Shown piece after piece: positions 52,297-64,000 of a DNA stretch of 64,000 nucleotides. Made by a program: the position numbers and the translations under genes. The first letter of the stretch is position 1; every line of letters starts with the position of its first letter. The stretch is taken from positions 11,016,895 through 11,080,894 of the forward strand of contig JAUZTB010000066.1 in NCBI GenBank assembly GCA_034780895.1. Direction: 5' to 3'. Origin of the DNA: Rhynchobatus australiae (Eukaryota). Under the pieces are notes generated by a model. It was not told the DNA's origin and made no database searches. It was given only the letters and a program-made list of their open reading frames with translations.

Positions 52297-54056
52297 CCTG
52301 ATTTTTTGCCCTTTATAACAAGAAGCAGTGCAGTATTTGTGATCTGTAAGGCTACAAACAGTTTTATAAGAAAATTATCCATCCAACATTAATTCCTGAG
52401 AAAATAGCTGGCAGTATTTCAAGTATAAAGCAAAGAGTAATGACCAGCTTTGTATAAATCACATTGCTTTCTGTTGACTATTATAGGATGCTTTAACTTA
52501 AACAATAAGCATTGATGTCACAATCAGGATACCTGTTTTGGAAGAGATGCTGAGCCTGACAATATGACAGAGCTGAATTAATGCACATTAAAGTCAAAGT
52601 GACAAGATCACTGAGGCAAATGTAATTAATGACAGTATCCTGGCTGATGTTAATTCAGCTCCCTCATTTTAACTCCTCATTAGCTTCCTCCTGAACCAAA
52701 TACCAATCCCTGTAAGGGAGAGGGCAGTATCCTCTGCGCCTCATGTGCCAGTCTTTGACTACCATGTCAGGCGTCGCAAAGAATGCCTCATTCATCAGTT
52801 CTCCAGCATCCCCTATAGTACGTTGTGTTCACATTTCCCCAACAGTACAGCCCAAACTGAAACTCACCATTCGACCAACAATATCCCAGCACAGAGTACA
52901 GGAGCAACAAACCAGTTTAATCTCACAAACAGAATAGAATAAGCAATCTTAAAGTTAACAGCTATTTTCCTATGAAACAGAAAGTCAATTATTCTAGGGT
53001 TTTAACTATACCCAACTTGCACATTTTGAACAGTGATCTGGAATGTCAACAGCCAAGGGCAGTAGGCCATGGAATTCTGCAAATTTACAAGATCTCAAAC
53101 CCAGATGGCTGTCATTCAAAAAAACAAGTAGTGCTATTGTGTCTTGAATGTTAGACAGGTGCTGTTTATTGAAGGATTCCAGGGAAAATGGCATGCTTGA
53201 TATCCAAATCTATATTCACGCAACTCTGATGTAGAATTAAGCCAACCAGATGATAAGGAACCAAATGCAAAACAAATCTCAATTCAGTTGATAATGAATA
53301 CATTTAAACAGACATCTATTGATATTTTAAGGGCCCAAACAAAACTTCACATTTAACTGACTAGAATATCTAAACTGCACAAAGCCATAATAATATTTGA
53401 AAGGAACATGCAAGACCCCAGATATTTCCAGTACATTTTGAACAAACACTGCCGTTTTAGAAATCACACTTTCAAGTCAATGTAGTTCATCAACAAAATT
53501 TATGTACTCATTTTACATTTTAACAACAAACAAGTGTTCAGACCTGTCCTATGAAATTCCAGCCAGACAAAACTGCGCCTTCATGTGGCTGGATGATAAA
53601 TAGATATTCAATTTATGCTCTACCTTGGTTGTGTAAATTCACCTACAAATCTTGTACAGCACAAGAACAGGCCATTTGTTCTACCTGTTCCAATTTAGTC
53701 TTGCTACGTCACCTGATCCTCCCACTACCTTTCCCTATCAACAAACTTCAATTTGCCTCTGAAAATCTGTAGCCTTCAGTTACACAACTTACCTACTTTA
53801 TTCAGTATTATCTACATGGCAGCAACAAAATAGGCAACGTTAAATATTAGATTTTCCAGTTCTGTGAGAATAGGATAGCACTTGTCTTATCCACTGAACT
53901 CTTTCAGTGTTTTTCAAGATTTCAGGTACCTACAAAATTCATTATGGAACAACTGAAGCCCCAACATACTGACTGAAAGCTGTCCCTTTTTCGTCTGAAA
54001 GGCCAATTAGAATAGTTTCTCAGTGATTGGCAATTAGAAGCTGTGGAGGCAAAAAT

Positions 54057-54234
54057 AGAGACACAAGAGACTGCAGACGCTGGATTCTGGAGCAACAAAC
54101 AATCTGCTGGAGGAACTCAGCAGGTCGAGCAGTATTTGTGAGAGGAAAGGAGTTATATTCCTCCTTTCTTATAATTCCTTACCTCCTGCAGATGCTGCTT
54201 GACCCACTGAGTTCCTCCAGTAGATTGTTTGTTG
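54057..54234. mobile_element. Penelope-derived fold-back insertion with 10-11 bp TSD
   Basis: 65-bp inverted arms at 54093-54157 and 54170-54234; gaggcaaaaat at 54046-54056 and 54234-54244. Confidence 0.85.
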
Positions 54235-54239
54235 AGGCA

Positions 54240-54860
54240 AAAATGGACTTGGGTATCCATGTCAATTAAATCATTAAAAACTGGAATACAGGTACAACAG
54301 GAATCTGAAGGGCTAATGGAATGAAGGTACCTCTCTCAAATTGCTTGGATTACATGGGTGAAAAGTTATGTGTCTACTGCAGCCTTGATCAAATCCAACT
54401 TGCAGTATCACCATTGTATTGTCGGCAATGATTCTACTAGTTTGAAAGAGGTACTGCGCAAATTGAGGGCGAAATAGGAAAAGCAATGTGCATGTTCATA
54501 AACTTGCATATCCTTGACTTTAGATGAGGGGAAGATCAATCTAGATTCTTAAAATTATAAAAACATGTAGGGTAAATACAGAGATGTTATCTCCTTTAGT
54601 AGGGAATCTGGAACATAGGGGCTAAATTTAATATCAGTGCTAGTCTGAGAAGGATGCATTTCCACCACACAAGGAGTAATGAAAATTTGAAGTTCATCCC
54701 TAAAGAACACAGAGGCCAGGTCAAAAAACAAATTAAGATGAAGTTCACCAGATTTTTATTAGGCGAGGACATCAAGGAATAGGGAACAAAGGCAGACAAT
54801 TGGAACTATGAATATTGGAATAGGTTGAAGGCCTGAATGACATACCTCTATGTCTATTCC
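54240..54860 (+). mobile_element. Highly decayed CR1 3' portion
   Basis: Remnant ggacttgggt, gggctaatggaatg and tagggaatctggaacatagggg motifs in CR1 order. Confidence 0.6.
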
Positions 54861-54949
54861 ATCATGCCACACACAAACAGTCAAGACATATGCAGCCAGT
54901 TGTCAAAAAACAGTGAGAGCTGTTATTAGTATCTAAAGAATATAACTAA

Positions 54950-55950
54950 GGTAAACGTCAGTCTCTCAAAGGAAAAGATAGGGGAAGTAAGAAAATGACA
55001 AATTTTGTGCAAATTTTGTACATCTTCACTGTAGAATGTCCCCAATAACAATAGAAAATCTGGAGACAGAGAGAGAGAGAGGGGAACTTAAAACAGTCAC
55101 TCATTAAAGAGATTTGGCAACATTTTGGGACTAAAGCCTGTCAAATCTGCTGGACCTGACAGCCTTCAAAAGAACTGATTGCAAAGATAATGGATGCTTT
55201 GGTCACCATCTTCCAAACTCTCTAAATTTTAAAAGGTCCCACTAGATTTGAAAACCACAAATATTATGCCCCTGTTCAGGGAAGGGAGGGAGCAAAAGGC
55301 AGGAAACTAAAGATAGCTCGCCTAACATCACTGAGAAAATGCTGGAATCCTATTTTGATGAGGTATTAACTGAACATTTAAAAATTGGAATATTTTCAAG
55401 CAGAAACAATGTGGTATTAAGAAAGGGAAATCCTGTTTGACACATTTATCAGAGATTTTTTAAGGGCATAACAAGCAGGGTTGGTAAAGAAAAGCCAGTA
55501 CTTTAATGTATTTGAATTTCCAACAATTATGTGAGGTAACCTTTTGTGTGTTACATCATATGGTAATAGCTCATGCTATTAGGGGTAATATATTGACATG
55601 GATAGGGGATTGGCTAACTCAAAGAAAACAGAGGGGTATAAATGGGTTATTTGCAGGTTGGCAACCTGTAATTAGTAGGGTACAACAGAGATTCTAATTA
55701 TTAAAGCTGATACCTAACTATTTGCAATCTACCTTAACAAGTTAGATAAAGGGACCAAGTACATAGGAGCCAAATTTGATGATACAGAGACCAGTAGGAA
55801 AGCAAATTGCAACAAGGACACAAAGAAGTCTGCAGAGGGGGTATGGATATGTTAAGCAAGTGGGTAATAAATTTGACAGATGGAGCATAATGTGGAGAAA
55901 TGTTAAATTATCCACTTTTTGTGCAAAGAACAGAAAAGCAGAATGTTGGT
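54950..55950 (+). mobile_element. Decayed CR1 RT region
   Basis: KSAGPD, KGKSCLTHL and HAIRGNILTWIGDWLTQRKQR motifs. Confidence 0.85.
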
Positions 55951-55954
55951 TAGA

Positions 55955-57765
55955 GAAGAAATAGGAGCAGGAGGAGGCCATCTGGCTCGTTGGGCCTGCT
56001 CTGCCATTCAATAAGATCATGGATTCAGTTCCACCTACTTGCCTTTTCCCCATAACCCTCAATTCCCCTGCTATGCAAAAATCTAACTAACTGTCTTAAA
56101 TATATTTAATGAGGTAGCCTCTACTGCTTCCCTAGGCAGAAAATTCACCACTCTCTGGGAAAGGCAGTTTCTCCTCATCTCCATCCCAAATCTATTCCCC
56201 TGAATCTTGAGGATATGTCTCCTAGCTCTAGTCTCACCCACCAGTGGAAACAACCTTCCTGCCTCTATCTTATGTATCCCTTTCATAATTTCATGTGTTT
56301 CAATACGATCCCCTCTCATTCTTCTGAATCCGAGCGAGTATAGTCCCAGGCAACTCAATCTCTCCTCATAGGCTAACTCCCTCATCTCCGGAATCAACCT
56401 GGTGAACCTCATCTGCACTGCCTCCAAAGCCAGTACATCCTTCCTCAAGTAAGGAGACCAGAACTGCACGCAGTACTCTAGGCATGCCTCACCAGTACTC
56501 ACTGCACAGTTGCAGCATAACCTCCCTGCTCCTGAACTCAGTCCCTCTAGCAATGAAGGCCAACATTCCATTTGTCTTCTTGATACCTTTTTGCACCTGC
56601 AAACCAACCTTTTGCGATTCACACACAATCACTCCCAAGTCCCTCTGCACAACAGCATGCTGCAATCTTTCACTATTTAAATAATAATCTGATCTTCTAT
56701 TTTTCCTTTCAAAGTGGATGACCTCACATTTACCAACATTGTACTCCATCTGCCAGACGCTTGCCCACTCATTTAACCTATCTATATCTCTCTGCACTCT
56801 CTGCACACTTTGCTTTTCCACTCAATTTAGTGTCATCAGCAAACTTAGATATGCTATACTCGGTCCCCTCTTCCAAATCGTTAGAGTATATCGCGAACAG
56901 TTCCAGGCCCAGCACTGACCCCTGCAGCACCCACTCACCACTGATTGCCAACCAGAGAAACGCCCATTTCTCCAAATTCTGCCGTCTATTGGTTAACCAA
57001 TCATTCATCCATGCTAATACATTACCCCTAACTCATGCATCCTTATCTTATGGATAAGTCTTTTATGCAGCACCTTATCGAACACCTTCTGGAAGTCCAA
57101 GTATACAACATCCACCTGTTCCCCTCTATCCACTGTGCTCATTATATCCTCAAAGAACTCCAATAAGTTTGTCAAACAGGACCTACCCTTTCTGAATCCA
57201 TGCTGTGTTTGCTTGATGGAACTACTTCTATCTAGATGTCTCATTATTTCTTCCTTAATAGCTTCAAGCCTTTTCAGGACTACAGACAATAAGCTAACTG
57301 GCCTTTGGTACCTGTCTTTTGTCTACATCCTTTTTTAAACAGTGGCATGACATTCACTGTCTGCCAATCTGCTGAGACCTGCCCAGAGTCCAAAGAAATT
57401 TAGTAAATTATCACAAGTGCATCGACTATAACCTCCGCCATTTCTTTCAGTACCCTAGGATGCATCCCATCAGGACCAGGGGACTTGTTTACCTTTAGCC
57501 CCACTAGTTTGATCTTCACTGCCTCTTTAGTTACAGCGACTGTATCGAGGTCCTCACCTCCCATCGCATCCATAACAACTCTCAACATGTCCTCCACCGT
57601 GAAGACCGACACAAAATAGTCATTCAAGGCTTCAGCCATTTCTACATTACGCAATATAATTCCCCCTCTCATCTTCCAAGGGACCTGCGTTCACTTTAGT
57701 CACCCTTTTCTGCTTTATATAATTATATAAACTTTTACTATCTGTTTTTATATTTTGTGCGTTTT
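55955..57765 (-). mobile_element. CR1/HER1-like LINE, about 1.8 kb, best-preserved copy in the window, frameshifted
   Basis: [84 protein letters not shown] and RRMRGD motifs plus 3' UTR. Confidence 0.95.
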
Positions 57766-57859
57766 GTGATTATTTACAAATTCAAAGAAAAACAAAATTT
57801 TAAACCTTTTAATCATGGAGCTAATGGTGGATAGATAGTATTAGGCTTCAAAGCACTGG

Positions 57860-58640
57860 TGAACTGCGTAGACCTGCAACAAATCAAGTTTAATGAGGAG
57901 GTGTGTGTTACAGTTACATTTTGGCAGAAAGAACAGGGAGAGATTACGTAGACCAAGTGCTACATTTCTCAATGGACCGTGGGATGGGAGACCTGAGTGT
58001 GTGTGTGTGTGGATGAATCTCTGGAGGTGGCAGAGCAGCCTAAGAAAGTATTAAGGAAATCAAATGGGATCCTGAGCTTCATAAATATAGGAGCACCAGA
58101 GTACAAATCTGAAAGGTTATGCTGAACCTTTGAGGGAATAGCCAGAGTACTGTGTCCAATTCTCATAGAATCAAATAGTCATACAGCACAGAAGCAGACC
58201 CTTCACCCCATCACGTTTATGCCTACCATCAAGTACCACCCACACTAATTACATTTACCAGTATTTGGTCTCTGGCCTTCTATACCTTAGTGATTCAAGT
58301 GTTCATCCAGATACGTCTTCAATGTTGTGGGAGTCTCTGCCTCCNNNNNNNNNNNNNNNNNNNNNNNNNNNNNNNNNNNNNNNNNNNNNNNNNNNNNNNN
58401 NNNNNNNNNNNNNNNNNNNNNNNNNNNNNNNNNNNNNNNNNNNNGTTCTTTTCATGGGCAATTGTAGAATGAGGGGCACAGTTTCAGAGCGAAGTATTAC
58501 TAATTTAAGGCAAAGATGAGGAGGATTCCTTCCCTCAGAGAATTGGAATTCTATGGTTCAGAGAGCTGTAGAGGCTAAATCAGTAAAACCAAGACCCCAT
58601 CAGTTTTGATCTCATTGAATAGACCACATATACTTCATCT
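57860..58640. mobile_element. Nested CR1 fragments (plus-strand copy interrupted by a minus-strand 3' end and an N gap)
   Basis: gagtactgtgtccaattct and agaatgaggggcacagtttcag on plus; catagaatc...acagcacagaagcagacccttc tail on minus at about 58165. Confidence 0.7.
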
Positions 58641-61311
58641 GTTTCTTTTTCTTACATTCGTAGTATTCAGATCAAGCAGGGTTAGAGGCTGGGAGGTAAA
58701 TTAGACTCAGCAGTAGGGACACATTAATATAATTCAATACTTATGCTAATGCCAACCATTGTGTTCTTACATTTTTGCAATACTTTCAACTGATACTATT
58801 AGTAGGTAAATAGCAAAGTCGTCATGTTAATGTCAACACTGGGTTCTTATATTTATACAATGCTTCAATTTGAAACTATTTACAGGCAAATAACAAAGCC
58901 AATGGCAATTTGGGAAGTAGCAGAGTTGGCTGGAACATGGAAGTCCATGGGCAGTACAAACTGAGGAGTCTGGAGAAGAAAGCTCAAGCTTTGTGATGCT
59001 GCCACTGGCTTAGGACAGAGGAGAATTCCAGTGTGACAAATTTATATAGGCAGTGTTTATTATAAATTTCTACACAGGAATGGATAATGAAGGAGGATGG
59101 TATAAAAGTTTGACAAACATGACAACAGAAAATGAAATCTTATAAACAGAAACTGGATGCAGATACACAAAATATTTTATAAACAGATTAACATCGCCAC
59201 TTGTACTCAAACTATTGTCACCAATTCCAACACCCAACTATCCAATTGCCTCTTCCAGCTATTTCCAGTTCATACTCGAACTATGAAAGTCTCATCGTTG
59301 GATGTCTGGGCTGTCATCCAAAAATAATATATGCAATTTTGTGACCATTCCATCCAAACAATCTCAAATGCCAATATTCTTTATAATTCCCTTTGTGGTA
59401 CAATTGTGCCCCGAATACCATGCAATTGCCCATACCACATTGTCTTGTATGGATTACACCTGACCCCAATGGATAAATAGGGATTCTAATTTGTCAAAAA
59501 ATGGTTTTGTAATAGTGGAAGTGTTGCATTTGGATCAGAGAAGGATTGGTATATGACATGTGACAATGCAGGAGAAGTGATCCCAAAAATTGCAGCAGGA
59601 TTGAGATCTGGAGCAATGATGTAGAATGATCTGAAAGGAAATGAAATGAATTAACTTCATCAATTTAAATTATTCCTGTTGTTAAATAATTTAAAAGCTC
59701 ATTACATGATCGTATGCTGTATTTAGAGGCCTTGACAAGTCACTGCAGTAGATTCTGTAGAAGGTACACATTGTAATCATGGAGCACCAGTGTTGGATGG
59801 GGACATTTTTTAATGTGATAAATGGTGTGCCAACTGATTTATTTCCACATTTCCAATTTTGTTCTGGTCTTCTGAGAGTTCTCCTTGCTGTTGCTGCAGC
59901 ACACCTACTTGCAGTGGTTAACATCGCCTCTTCAGTTATCTTTCACAAATGACACATCACCACTCTCTGCATTGGTTTTGATTCCATCATCAAGTTGATG
60001 TGCCTTTGGTTTCCTCTTTCAAAAGAGGCAAGGCAGGCACGTCGTTTCAGGATAATGAAAATGGGGTGGTGGGTAGGAGTTGTTAGGAATTTCTTCACTC
60101 AGTGGGTTGTGAACCATTGGAATTCCTGTTGAGGCTCAATTGTTGATTATATTCAAGATTGAAATGAACAAATTCTTTAGACATCATCCATTATCAGGAT
60201 CTGGTTCCGGGTCAGCTTTATTGAATAGCTGAACAGACTACATGAGTAGCAAGCCTTGCTATCAAAGATGTAATCCAGAGTCAACCTTGGCTGGTTCAAT
60301 GTCAACCCTCCTTTACTTCTACTGCACAAATTACACCAACCCCTCCATTAATATTCTGTTCATCAAGCTCCAGGCTCTACAGTGTCTGCATAAAGGAATT
60401 AAACCTGGAAATTTACTTGTGGACACTACCTTATACTGATAGGCAGTTTGATATTAAAATATTTTCATATTGATGGTTTAAAAAGCAAGCTCTAAGCATT
60501 CACATAGGCCAAACAGCAGCAGATCTGCCCTGGCCAGCATACACAATCTCCACTGTTGCTACTGCCCCTCAACTTACCATGAAGCAGCTCTACCTTCTTA
60601 ATGGCATTCAGTAAGATATATTCTATACAGTGCACTTACGCCGTGGACCACACAACTATCTGCACTTGAATCTGTCATACAAAAATGTAGCTGTTCTGGC
60701 TATGCTATAATTGTTTATAGGCCTTTTGTCACTGAAGAATAACAAGTTTTTGAAAAACTGCTGCACACAATGTAGTGGAACTGCCAACACATTTGACTTT
60801 TTTTCTCCTTGTTTGTTTGTTCTTATTCCTTATTTTTTCTCATCTGCTCCACAGGAATCCATTCATTGAAGTTATTCTACTTGCATTGGGCATCTTGGTT
60901 ATTCATACAGGAACCATGTTAGTAAGAATTAGTAAACTGCTATCCATGCGGGTGAGCTTTAGTCTGCAGAATCCAATCCTGTCATCCTTCAGTGTGACCA
61001 CACCCACATGAGAATGCAAGCTAACCACCAGGAATGATTAAATTGACTAGTGTTTTTTCCCCCTCCCTACCCAGGTGCCAAATATAACACTCCCATCACT
61101 ATCCTACTGCAGAGCAGCTTAAAGCACAGATTACTCTCATATTATGGTACAGATGAAGGTTCTTCAGCCCATTGAGTCTATGCTGGCTCCAGGCAGAGCA
61201 ACCTTATCAGTCCAATTCCACTCTGTCTTATTCCCCTGTAGTCCTACAACATATTCTCTCTCATATCCCCACCAGCTTCTCCTTTTTGACTCTTTCTGTC
61301 ACTTAAATACA

Positions 61312-61504
61312 CCAAGGGCAATTTACAGTATCCAATAAACCCAACTTTCTTTGGGGTGCAAGAGGAAACAGGAGCACCAGGAGGACACCTACACAGTCAC
61401 AGGAGGAATGAGCAAACTCTAACAGACAATATCTGTGATCAGAAATGAACCCAGTCCCTGGAGCTACAAGCAGCAGCACTAACTGCTGCACGACTGTGCT
61501 GCCC
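61312..61504 (-). mobile_element. V-SINE (HE1-like)
   Basis: Minus-strand head gggcagcacagtcgtgcagcagttagtgctgctgc...gggttc and V-domain gagtttgctcattcctcctgtgactgtgtaggtgtcctcctggtgctcctgtttcctc. Confidence 0.78.
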
Positions 61505-61559
61505 TATGAAGGATCTACCTTGCATACATAGCATTGGTATTCATTTGAAAGGATTTTTG

Positions 61560-62045
61560 ACCCATTGGGATAAGTCAAAATACTCAATGACTGAGAATCC
61601 ACAGACTTCTAGGGCTGAAAATTCTCAATATTCACAAATCTCCAAGTAAGAGAACTTCTTCTCATTTCATCCCTAAATAGCCAGTACCTTATCCTGAGAC
61701 TTTCATTGCATTCTATTTAAGAATACAAGAATATATGAGAACTTAAGGGCAGGCCGTGCCTCCTCCAACCTCCCTAAATCAATTGCCAAACTACCCATTT
61801 TCAGGTTTCTGCCTGATTCCCTCATCCCTCCAGTCCCTTAGTGCCCAACTATTGACTAGAGTTTTGAAAATACACTTGGACCTAGCATCCACAGATATCA
61901 GAGGTTGAAAAATTCACAATCTTGAGTAAAGGAATTTCTCCTCATGCAAGTTCTAAATGACCAGACATTTATCCCGAGACTGTCACCCTAGTATGAGACA
62001 ATCTAGCCAGAGGAACCAGCCTCTCACGCATCTACTCTGTAAATG
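61560..62045 (-). mobile_element. Two decayed CR1 3' ends
   Basis: Repeated aattcacaa...gaatttctcctcat...taaatgaccag...ttatcc(c/t)gagact motif and a tail at about 61720. Confidence 0.6.
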
Positions 62046-64000
62046 GCAACTCATACTAGCATCTAATTCAAAAAGTTTGGGTCTTAAGGGGACAACTTTA
62101 ATGTAGCCTGGCAGGTAATGAATTGACAGAACTGAACAGGTCACCCATCCTACACCTTACCCTAGGGAAAACCAATGAAGCATTTGGATTTTTAATCAAC
62201 AAACCCAAAATTACAGAACTTCTTGTGCAGCGTGTTGTATTACTTTGAATTTATCTGTAAAAACACTCATGAAAAAGAAAGTTTAGGAAAAATAATCCTT
62301 TCTGACACCAAGTTACTTCTTGAAAAAAATGACAACCTTGATCTCTGATTTCTGCTGGGGAAAGAATGCTCCTCTCACTGTGTGGAAAAGTACTTAGTGA
62401 GTACTACTGGACCAGTGACCCAGCCTACTCACTGTGCACAGGAAACACATTCCACTGTGTGGGATTTTCCACATTCTCAAGGTAAAAGAGCGAGACAGCC
62501 ACAAGCTATAACCAACACCTAAGAATGTCTGATTACTAGGCATGCAGTTCTGACTGCAGCACAAAAATAAAGTCATGGTTAGCAAGTATCTGGGCATTAA
62601 GAAACATGCACATATCAATTTTTTTGCAGCACTATTCACAAGATGAAATACATGTTCTTATGCCTTGTAATACAAGATCCACTGGTACAAACCTCTTGAC
62701 CTTCTGGTTTTCAAAAGCTTCAAATTTCTTGTGTTCATGCATACCATAAACTCTCACTATGCTGCTTGAAATCTAATTCCAAATTTAGATAGCTGGGTGT
62801 TATAAGGAGCCAGCCATTATAAACACCGTGTTTTCCAGGGAAGGAATAATACCAACAGACAAAGAATTCTTTTTCTAAGTCTCCATCTAAATGTTCCTTT
62901 CAACTTANNNNNNNNNNNNNNNNNNNNNNNNNNNNNNNNNNNNNNNNNNNNNNNNNNNNNNNNNNNNNNNNNNNNNNNNNNNNNNNNNNNNNNNNNNNNN
63001 NNNNNNNNNNNNNNNNNNNNNNNNNNNNNNNNNNNNNNNNNNNNNNNNNNNNNNNNNNNNNNNNNNNNNNNNNNNNNNNNNNNNNNNNNNNNNNNNNNNN
63101 NNNNNNNNNNNNNNNNNNNNNNNNNNNNNNNNNNNNNNNNNNNNNNNNNNNNNNNNNNNNNNNNNNNNNNNNNNNNNNNNNNNNNNNNNNNNNNNNNNNN
63201 NNNNNNNNNNNNNNNNNNNNNNNNNNNNNNNNNNNNNNNNNNNNNNNNNTCACCCCTCTTTATCATTGCCACTGTGATTATTAGAATGAGGTAGCTGGAT
63301 AAAATATAATCAGGCAGACAGCAATTCCTAAAAGGACAAAATATCACCTGTGAGCCAAATGCAGGTCACTAGCCATGAAATGAATGCAGAAGGCCACCCA
63401 ATCCAACCTCATTCTGCTCCTCCATTCTTCTACAAATCAATGAAGCTGCCTGATTCATTCCAAGAGGCAGACTCCTTACAAACTACATGAGAGTGCAAAG
63501 AAATATAAATCAAAGGAAACTTCAGTAACCTTGCCCTACAAAAACAGACTTACTCCCCTGTTATACTAATTTATGGATTGAAACCAGCACTGAAAATGAA
63601 AGCCAACATGCAGCAGTCAGAGTATCAGATTCAGAACACATATCACAATTACATTTGCATTGGCTACATTTATCTTGGTTGAATACAAAGCCAAATTTGT
63701 CTTTTTGTTCTTTACGATAACATGAATAAACAATTTAATTTTAAAAACTACCCCAATAAAGTAATTTGAAGGTCAGATATAACTGAATACATTCTTTTAT
63801 TAATTGTGTGATATGGAAAACTTTGATAAAGAACTGTACACACCATGTAGCCTCAGTAAACCTTGGCTCCAATGTTACTTTGGCTTGAATGTAATCTATG
63901 CTTATGTTTCTGGTTAATACTGCCTGTTGAATCCTATCCTTTACAACCTTGATGAACCAGTCCAGCCAATCACTGTTCCGTTCTAAAACCCCTTTAATTC

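Noticed and set aside
55955-57765. ORFs of 76-181 aa as an active reverse transcriptase gene
   Set aside because: Multiple frameshifts and 5' truncation show a dead CR1 copy.
59200-59650. Strong minus-strand acceptor (ttcctttcag) followed by non-repetitive sequence
   Set aside because: The frames examined reach stops quickly and resemble no protein I recognise.
61440-61504. tRNA gene
   Set aside because: A/B-box-like sequence is the degenerate head of a V-SINE; no cloverleaf is evident.
62817-63347. Long ORFs in the track
   Set aside because: Artefacts of reading through N gaps; the same applies near 17100, 52000 and 58350.

Overview
This is vertebrate genomic DNA, not prokaryotic. The repeat content (CR1/HER1-like LINEs, Rex1/Babar LINEs, V-SINEs, SacSINE/Deu-like SINEs, Penelope-derived elements) points to a cartilaginous fish; this is an inference. 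The window lies entirely inside one gene, VPS53 (GARP/EARP tethering complex subunit), on the minus strand. Eight internal coding exons have GT-AG boundaries and a continuous reading frame ([13 protein letters not shown]...DPEKEGDLEK), corresponding approximately to human exons 5-12; I found no start or stop exons here. The rest is intron filled with decayed retroelements, and most ORFs in the supplied track are LINE debris or chance ORFs. Most notable intronic observations: (i) short Penelope-derived insertions with target-site duplications, some as fold-back hairpins, carrying decayed minimal hammerhead-ribozyme cores, two of which share a CAGAUGA variant; (ii) a solo-LTR-like element with TG...CA ends and a 5-bp TSD; (iii) a 109-bp local copy inserted between 17-bp direct repeats; (iv) an RBFOX motif cluster and a candidate in-frame 24-nt microexon in the intron before the exon-12 equivalent; (v) a few enhancer-like repeat-free blocks. 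I saw no CRISPR array, rRNA or tRNA gene and no convincing new multi-gene system. Repeat boundaries are approximate and family names come from motif recognition, not from a database search.
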